Source: Eledone cirrhosa (lineage: Eukaryota). From it: DNA of 64,000 bases. The notes under the pieces were generated by a model that worked only from the letters and a program-made list of their open reading frames with translations, was not told the origin of the DNA and made no database searches. Of the stretch, positions 55,650 to 64,000 are shown in pieces. The position numbers and the translations under genes were made by a program. The stretch lies in contig OZ024751.1 of assembly GCA_964016885.1 (NCBI GenBank), positions 26,536,001 to 26,600,000 of the forward strand, written 5' to 3'. Every line of letters begins with the position of its first letter. The stretch's first letter is position 1.

Positions 55650-56755
55650 TACCTACCTACCTATATATCTACCTCCCTATCTACCTCCCTACCTACCTAC
55701 CTCCCTACCTCCCTCCCTCCCTACCTACCTACCTACCTATATATCTACCTCCCTCCCTACCTACCTACCTACCTACCTACCTACCTACCTACCTACCTAC
55801 CTACCTACCTACCTACCTACCTATATATCTACCTCCCTCCCTACCTACCTACCTACCTACCTACCTACCTACCTACCTACCTACCTACCTATATATCTAC
55901 CTCCCTACCTCCCTACCTACCTATATATCTACCTCCCTCCCTCCCTCCCTACCTACCTACCTACCTACCTACCTACCTACCTACCTACCTACCTACCTAC
56001 CTACCTACCTACCTACCTATATATCTACCTACCTACCTACCTACCTACCTACCTACCTACCTACCTACCTACCTACCTATATATCTACCTCCCTCCCTCC
56101 CTACCTACCTACCTACCTACCTACCTACCTACCTACCTACCTACCTATATATCTACCTCCCTCCCTCCCTACCTACCTACCTACCTACCTACCTCCCTCC
56201 CTACCTACCTACCTACCTACCTACCTCCCTACCTACCTACCTACCTACCTATATATCTACCTCCCTCCCTCCCTACCTACCTACCTACCTACCTACCTAC
56301 CTACCTACCTACCTACCTACCTTCCTACCTACCTACCTACCTACCTACCTATATATCTACCTACCTACCTACCTACCTACCTATATATCTACCTACCTAC
56401 CTACCTACCTACCTACCTACCTACCTACCTACCTACCTATATATCTACCTCCCTACCTACCTACCTACCTACCTACCTACCTACCTACCTACCTACCTAT
56501 ATATCTACCTCCCTACCTACCTACCTACCTCCCTCCCTACCTACCTACCTACCTACCTACCTACCTACCTACCTATATATCCACCTCCCTCCCTACCTCC
56601 CTCCCTCCCTCCCTACCTACCTAACTACCTCTCTACATACCTCCCTCCCTCCCTACCTACCTATCTACCCCCTCCCTCCCTCCCTACCTCCCTACCTACC
56701 TCCCTCCCTCCCTACATACCGCCCTCCCTCCCTACCTACCCACCTACCTACCTAC
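55650..56755. repeat. (CCTA)n tetranucleotide array
   Basis: ctac repeats punctuated by ctatatatctac and ctcc. Confidence 0.95.
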
Positions 56756-57717
56756 TTACTTACAACCAAAACTACCACCACCATCACCAACACTAACGCC
56801 CCCCCCCCCCCCCCCCCCCCCCCCTCCACCACCACCACCACCGCCGCTACCACCGCCACCACCACTAAAACCATTATCACTCTAATAAGAATTTCTAAGC
56901 CTGCATTTGCTACTACACAGTCCACGTACACCCCTGTCATTACATGTTACAGGACATATCTCTATGCTACCCGTTCCATTGTGTGTGGATATCTCCATAA
57001 CGGCGGCGGCGGCGACGGTGGTGGTGGTGGTGGTTGTTGTTGGTGTTGTTGTGGTGGTGGTGATGATGGTGGTGGTGATGGAGGTTCTGGCGTTGATAGA
57101 GATGTTGTGGTGACGGTGCTGATGGTGGTGGTGACGGTGGTGACGGTGGTGATGGTGGTGTTGGTGGTGGTGACGGTGGTGATGGTGGTGTTGGTGGTGG
57201 TGACGGTGGTGATGGTAGTGTTGGTGACGGTGGTGACGGTGGTGATGGTAGTGTTGGTGGTGGTGGTGACGGTGGTGATGGTAGTGTTGGTGGTGGTGAC
57301 GGTGGTGATGGTAGTGTTGGTGGTGGTGACGGTGCTGGAGATTGTGGTGATGGTAGAGATGTGGTGCTGATGGTAGTGGCGGTGGTGGTGATGTGATGGC
57401 GGGTGTGGAGATGGTGTTGATGTAGGTTTAGTATTATTACATCCGGGTCATGTGATCTAGGAATTCGGAGTGTTTTAAGATGACCTTTCAGTTAGGCGAG
57501 AGGTCACTACCAGCTGTGAACAGAGAGAAAACATAAATATTTACAGTGAAATCCTAAAACCTTAATAAACCATCTGGAAGTTAGAACATATGGTGAGGTA
57601 GGTTATTGAACAGGCGGGGATTGATTGTAATAGGGAGTTCGATTCCTGCACTGAACGACTGAATGACTGCACATGTTTATAGCTTATATATGTGTGGAGA
57701 ATAGAGAGAGAGAGAGA

Positions 57718-57756
<39 letters not shown>

Positions 57757-59654
57757 TGAGAGAGAGAGAGAGAGAGAGGAGATACAGTGAGGGTATTGTC
57801 ATATATATTATATATATATATATACCTTCCTCTCTCGCTTTTTCTATATATCTATATCCACACACACACACACACACACACATATAAAGGTACCAGTCTT
57901 AATAGATCGAAACCGTCATTTTTGGCGATGCGTGGTATTGCTGGCCACAGGCAAGTCCCCAGCTCGATTGCGAATGATATTTAAGCATGAGCATCACGGA
58001 TGTGGCTTTTTAATCCTGCTGGGGACTTGCCTGTGGCCAGCAATACCACGCATCGCAAAAAATGTCGCATATCAAGCGATGCCTGTGCTTGAAGCTTTTT
58101 TTAAGTGAGGAAAGGCTTTGCACTGGGCCAATCTCACTCAGCCAATGCATTTGGCCAAAAATAAGAACTAGTCTACGTCATTAGATGCAAACGAAGTGGC
58201 AGGTTTTATATCAGAGTGACCTTCACCTAGAGAGATGTCTTAATGAAGATTAGGAGTCTCTCGATACACAAAAATCAAGGAAAATTAAACTTTATTGGCT
58301 TGTCTACCTGTATATTATATCTCAGGTCAACAGACAACACTCTATGGTTCACTAAAGAGCTGTGACCCATTTGTTGTCGACATCTGATTTAGACTAATAT
58401 AATTGTTTTATATTCTTAATCAACTACACGGCGGTACAAACTAATGCTTCTCAATTCAGTCCTACTACGCGGCATCTTAAGCAAGTTTTTTTTATACGTT
58501 TGTAGCTACGAGTTGACTAGTTCTTCGTGAGTAGAATATTTGTAGACAAAACTGTTTACGTTTGTGTGTCTTTGTGTTAATGTCGTGTAACATCCAGGTT
58601 TGATAAAATGGAGATCGGTAAAATAAGTACCAGGCTTCAGAAAAATAGTACTCTGGTCGATATGATCGACTAAAAATCCGTTTTCAGCAGTGCTCCAGCA
58701 TGGTCGCAGTCTAACTAATGAAACTAGTGAAAAGAAGAACTACGGTAGACAACCCCGGCCGCGTTTCACCTATGTTTTGGATATTTTCTCAGCCTCTTTC
58801 CGAAATTTTCTAAACTATGATTGGGATAATCTCACAAGTATCCTAAATGGTAAAGTTGTTACAATAGACTTAAGAAGGAGGGAGACTCTAGCTGACCGCC
58901 AGAAATAGCAGCCAAATCTCGCTCAAATCCTTGTCTACCTGTCGTCTTTAATATATTATATAATAAAACGAAATATTTATGGCGGGAATATTTTGATTTG
59001 TAGGACTGCTCGGCGCTATAAAAGAAGAAAAAGAAGAAGAAAAAGAAGAAGAAGAATAACAACAACAACAGCAACAGGAGGTAAGATTACAGTTATTATC
59101 TAGGGCAGGTTATCCACATAATAATTAGAGAGTTATGTAGGTGAAAGTATAATTAATGATTTCAATATAAAGTAGGCCAACTATGTAAACTTATGTGAAA
59201 AGAAGGACAATAGAGAAATGGAAATTAACTGTCGACACATCAGCTGAGTAACATCTCCGCAGAGAATGGATCTCCGTCAGTTTCCAGGGGGAGTATTCCA
59301 GATATTACAGCAACACGGAACGGCCTACTCGATATATTAACGTGTATGTGGGTTGAACGTGCCACAGACACGTGTATCTTTAACATAATTCTTAGGAAGA
59401 TCCTTCATGACAAGGCTGGGGATGTGAATTACAAGAACGGTCAGTCTTGTTTATAGTGTACGTGACTGAACATACCAGAGACAGATGTACCTCATCATTC
59501 TCAGGAAGATTCAGTGTAACACAGTGACAGTTTCAATTACTGGTACATTTCTTCTGGTGAGCCTCCACATTTTCCATCAAAGAATGGATCCACCCCAGCC
59601 ACTTGCCCACCATACATTCAGATATATCTGATGTATTGGTTGTACACCATTGTT

Positions 59655-61560
59655 GTTGTTGACCAGATGTGGTATCTGTCATAGCTTTAACACCATACTC
59701 ATTATGTCTCTATTGACCAGACGTGGTACCTGTCATTGCTCTGTCTGTACCACCGTATGGAGTCTCTGTTGACCAGATGTGGTATCTGTCATAGCTTTAA
59801 CACCATACTCATTATGTCTCTATTGACCAGACGTGGTACCTGTCATTGCTCTGTCTGTACCACCGTATGGAGTCTCTGTTGACCAGATGTGGTACCTGTC
59901 ATAGCTTTAACACCATACTCATTATGTCTCTATTGACCAGACGTGGTACCTGTCATTGCTCTGTCTGTACCACCGTATGGAGTCTCTGTTGACCAGATGT
60001 GGTACCTGTCATAGCTTTAACACCATACTCATTATGTCTCTATTGACCAGACGTGGTACCTGTCATTGCTCTGTCTGTACCACCGTATGGAGTCTCTGTT
60101 GACCAGATGTGGTACCTGTCATAGCTTTAACACCATACTCACTATGTCTCTATTGACCAGACGTGGTACCTGTCATTGCTCTGTCTGTACCACCGTATGG
60201 AGTCTCTGTTGACCAGATGTGGTACCTGTCATAGCTTTAACACCATACTCACTATGTCTCTATTGACCAGACGTGGTACCTGTCATTGCTCTGTCTGTAC
60301 CACCGTATGGAGTCTCTGTTGACCAGATGTGGTACCTGTCATAGCTTTAACACCATACTCACTATGTCTCTATTGACCAGACGTGGTACCTGTCATTGCT
60401 CTGTCTGTACCACCGTATGGAGTCTCTGTTGACCAGATGTGGTATCTGTCATAGCTTTAACACCATACTCACTATGTCTCTATTGACCAGACGTGGTACC
60501 TGTCATTGCTCTGTCTGTACCACCGTATGGAGTCTCTGTTGACCAGATGTGGTATCTGTCATAGCTTTAACACCATACTCACTATGTCTCTATTGAACAG
60601 ACGTGGTACCTGTCATTGCTCTGTCTGTACCACCGTATGGAGTCTCTGTTGACCAGATGTGGTACCTGTCATAGCTTTAACACCATAGTCACTGTGTCTC
60701 TATTGACCAGACGTGGTACTTGTCATTGCTCTGTCTGTACCACCGTATGGTGTCTCTGTTGACCAGATGTGGTATCTGTCATAGCTTTAACACCATAGTC
60801 ACTGTGTCTCTATTGACCAGACGTGGTACCTGTCGTTGCTCTGTCTGTACCACCGTATGGTGTCTCTGTTGACCAGATGTGGTACCTGTCATAGCTTTAA
60901 CACCATAGTCACTGTGTCTCTATTGACCAGACGTGGTACCTGTCGTTGCTCTGTCTGTACCACCGTATGGTGTCTCTGTTGACCAGATGTGGTATCTGTC
61001 ATAGCTTTAACACCATAGTCACTGTGTCTCTATTGACCAGACGTGGTACCTGTCGTTGCTCTGTCTGTACCACCGTATGGAGTCTCTGTTGACCAGATGT
61101 GGTATCTGTCATAGCTTTAACACCATAGTCACTGTGTCTCTATTGACCAGACGTGGTACCTGTCGTTGCTCTGTCTGTACCACCGTATGGTGTCTCTGTT
61201 GACCAGATGTGGTATCTGTCATAGCTTTAACACCATAGTCACTGTGTCTCTATTGACCAGACGTGGTACCTGTTGTTGCTCTGTCTGTATCACCGTATGG
61301 AGTCTCTGTTGACCAGATGTGGTATCTGTCATAGCTTTAACACCATAGTCACTGTGTCTCTATTGACCAGACGTGGTACCTGTCGTTGCTCTGTCTGTAC
61401 CACCGTATGGTGTCTCTGTTGACCAGATGTGGTATCTGTCATAGCTTTAACACCATAGTCACTGTGTCTCTATTGACCAGACGTGGTACCTGTCGTTGAT
61501 CTGTCTGTATCACCGTATGGAGTCTCTGTTGACCAGACGTGGTACCTGTCATTGCTCTCG
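59655..61560. repeat. 110-bp dimeric satellite (54+56 bp subunits), ~17 copies
   Basis: gaccagatgt at 59661, 59771, ...; both subunits start gaccaga.gtggta.ctgtc. Confidence 0.95.
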
Positions 61561-61947
61561 GTATGTTTGTCCGTCGTTTTGCTTTCTTTACTGTCTTCTA
61601 TGTGTGTGATATGTTTATGTTAAAATATTTATATTCTGGGGCTGGGGAGCGTAATGTAATGGGGCCGCTGTTGACAATCTTGGTGGTATATGTGTGTATA
61701 CAGAGCCCCACCACATGCACACACGTGCATACATATATAAGTACACACACACACACTCGCATACATACATACATACATACACACATACATACACACACAC
61801 ACACATACATATATGCATGCATACACACGCATACATACATATATGCATACATACATAGATACATTCATACATACATACATATATACATACATACATGCAT
61901 ATATACATACATACCTACCTACATACATACATACATACATACATACA

Positions 61948-62030
<83 letters not shown>

Positions 62031-62947
62031 ATATGTATATATGCGTATGTTATATTAGTTTATTTCTTCCGAATGTCTGCAGTTTTAGTATATTGTCGTT
62101 TCCTATTAGTTTACAAATGCCATTTGTGATACCTATATATTATTAAATGCAGCTTTATATGTACGTCACGAGACCACCCCTGTTGTGAAAGAGGATGTCT
62201 ACTTTGATTTGTGTAGAATTTAGAATGCTCGACTCTTCTCTATCCTCTTTTCTGATAGTAAGAACGTTTCCTAACTTATTGCTTTCTGAATGTCGTGAGT
62301 GATGATAACATCTTTTAGTTCTATAAAGGAGTTTTTAATGCTGTTAATTTTAGGTTGCAGAATTTTTAGATTATTTTTTAGTTTGTGTTATGTTTACAAA
62401 GTTTATTCTTGTTAGGTTAGTGAAGCAGTTATATTTAAACTTATTCTGACGGATTTGTAACATTAGGAAATGAGATAACATAATGGTACATTGTTATTTT
62501 TTGTCGTTGTTGTTGCTGCTGCTGTCATTTTTATTCTTATTTGTTCTTCTGTTGTGTGTTTGCCTTTCATCTTTTCGAGGTCGATAAAAGAAGTACCAGT
62601 TTAGTAGCAGATTCTTCCTCTACATCTCTTTCTCACTGCCTCTCTATCATATTCTCTTCTCTGGAAGAAATTCGCTGTGTTCAAAGAGGATGGTCGCAAC
62701 TAGGTTTAACATGGCCAAGAAATGTCGTATGTCTCTACAGCGTCCCTACCACTCCACAGAGAGTTGCCGGGCTATTCATATGGACATGTAGACACATTTG
62801 TGTATATTTCAGCACTACAATAAATCCTTGATTTACGGACTAATAGTGGGGGAAGTCTGTCAGTTCATGAGACTTGATCAGCCTAAATAAACTATTACAC
62901 TCTATAATGGTATGGAAAACCTTTTCTCGAGTTCGTTAACAATCAAC

Positions 62948-63074
<127 letters not shown>

Positions 63075-63086
63075 TGTGTGTGTGTG

Positions 63087-63131
<45 letters not shown>

Positions 63132-63315
63132 AAAAGAAATTGAAACTGTAACTGGAGTCTTTTTAATAATATTTATTTGTTTCCTTTAGCAGTTTTAAAG
63201 TTCTTACGCTTTTCAAAAGTAGAATTGAGATGGAAGGTTTGTGGTTCTTCTCGCATATGCGAGAAGAACCACAAACGTGTAGGGCATCTCATTTTTTTAA
63301 TTAAAAAAACCCCTA

Positions 63316-63427
<112 letters not shown>

Positions 63428-63907
63428 TACATTAACAGAGAAAGCTTTAAGCAATACTCCGACTGGCTTCCGTCTCACTCAACAAACATTAGGATATACC
63501 TTAGTATAATCCCAATTATAGGTTTGGGGTGCTAACTATACGTATTTTGCGGATAGCCAGTTGTATTATTTTATATATATATATATAACTTAATTTTAGG
63601 TGTAATCAATACATATAAAATACGTATCAATAGTGTTTCTCAGTAAAAGCTCAATAAACATTTGTTGAGAACATCCAAAATATAATATATTTTAAACAAT
63701 ATATGGAGATAAATCAATTGAGAAAGATACGAGTATTTAATACACAGATACATATATAGCAGAATATGGAGATTTAAATACAAATTAAGTGTTAAATAAA
63801 AACATTACTCACATATGGATTATGTTATAGTTAAAATGGTCGTACTTCCACATCTGTCTATGATTGGATGGTCATATTGGGAAGTACGGCCATTTAACTA
63901 TGACATA

Positions 63908-64000
63908 ATCTAATTTGTAGTTAAATCTACATATTTTGCCTAATTTGTAGTTAAATCTACATATTTTGCTTAATTTGTAGTTAAATCTACATATTTTGCT
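63908..64000. repeat. ~30-bp tandem repeat running off the window
   Basis: taatttgtagttaaatctacatattttgc x3. Confidence 0.85.

Noticed and set aside
55650-56755. Telomere-like array
   Set aside because: Unit is TAGG, not TTAGG or TTAGGG, and is interrupted like an ordinary tetranucleotide microsatellite
56960-57514. Acceptor-like site followed by a Thr/Pro-rich open frame on the minus strand
   Set aside because: Stops in all frames just after the acceptor, low-complexity sequence and no signal peptide; could be UTR but is unsupported
58120-58200. Paired CCAAT boxes as the gene promoter
   Set aside because: Short motifs expected by chance; no linked first exon identified
59655-61560. CRISPR-like look (constant gaccaga.gtggta.ctgtc repeat with intervening sequence)
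   Set aside because: Only two alternating intervening sequences, no unique spacers, no cas genes, eukaryotic context; it is a satellite

Overview
AT-rich, microsatellite-dense animal genomic DNA; the SINE/MITE repertoire looks cephalopod (Octopus-like, an inference). The one host gene I can support is an F-spondin/spondin-1-like gene on the minus strand. It has 12 hand-assembled coding exons (35277 down to 272) with GT-AG introns and consistent phases, encoding Reeler - Spondin_N - TSR - TSR - Kunitz - TSR - TSR. The first coding exon(s) were not found and the last exon lies left of the window. The rest is decayed mobile DNA (mariner, Helitron helicase, RTE-, R4/Dong- and Tx1-like LINEs, a Penelope-like GIY-YIG remnant, SINEs, MITEs), minisatellites and microsatellites, so nearly all ORF-track entries are repeat artefacts. 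The main hidden signal is about 15 type-I hammerhead-ribozyme motifs (CUGAnGA...GAAA...NUH) from several unrelated sequence families. They mostly abut (TA)n tracts, some show compensatory stem changes between copies, several lie in the sense strand of F-spondin introns, and long near-perfect palindromes occur nearby. All folding was done by eye, and repeat boundaries are approximate.
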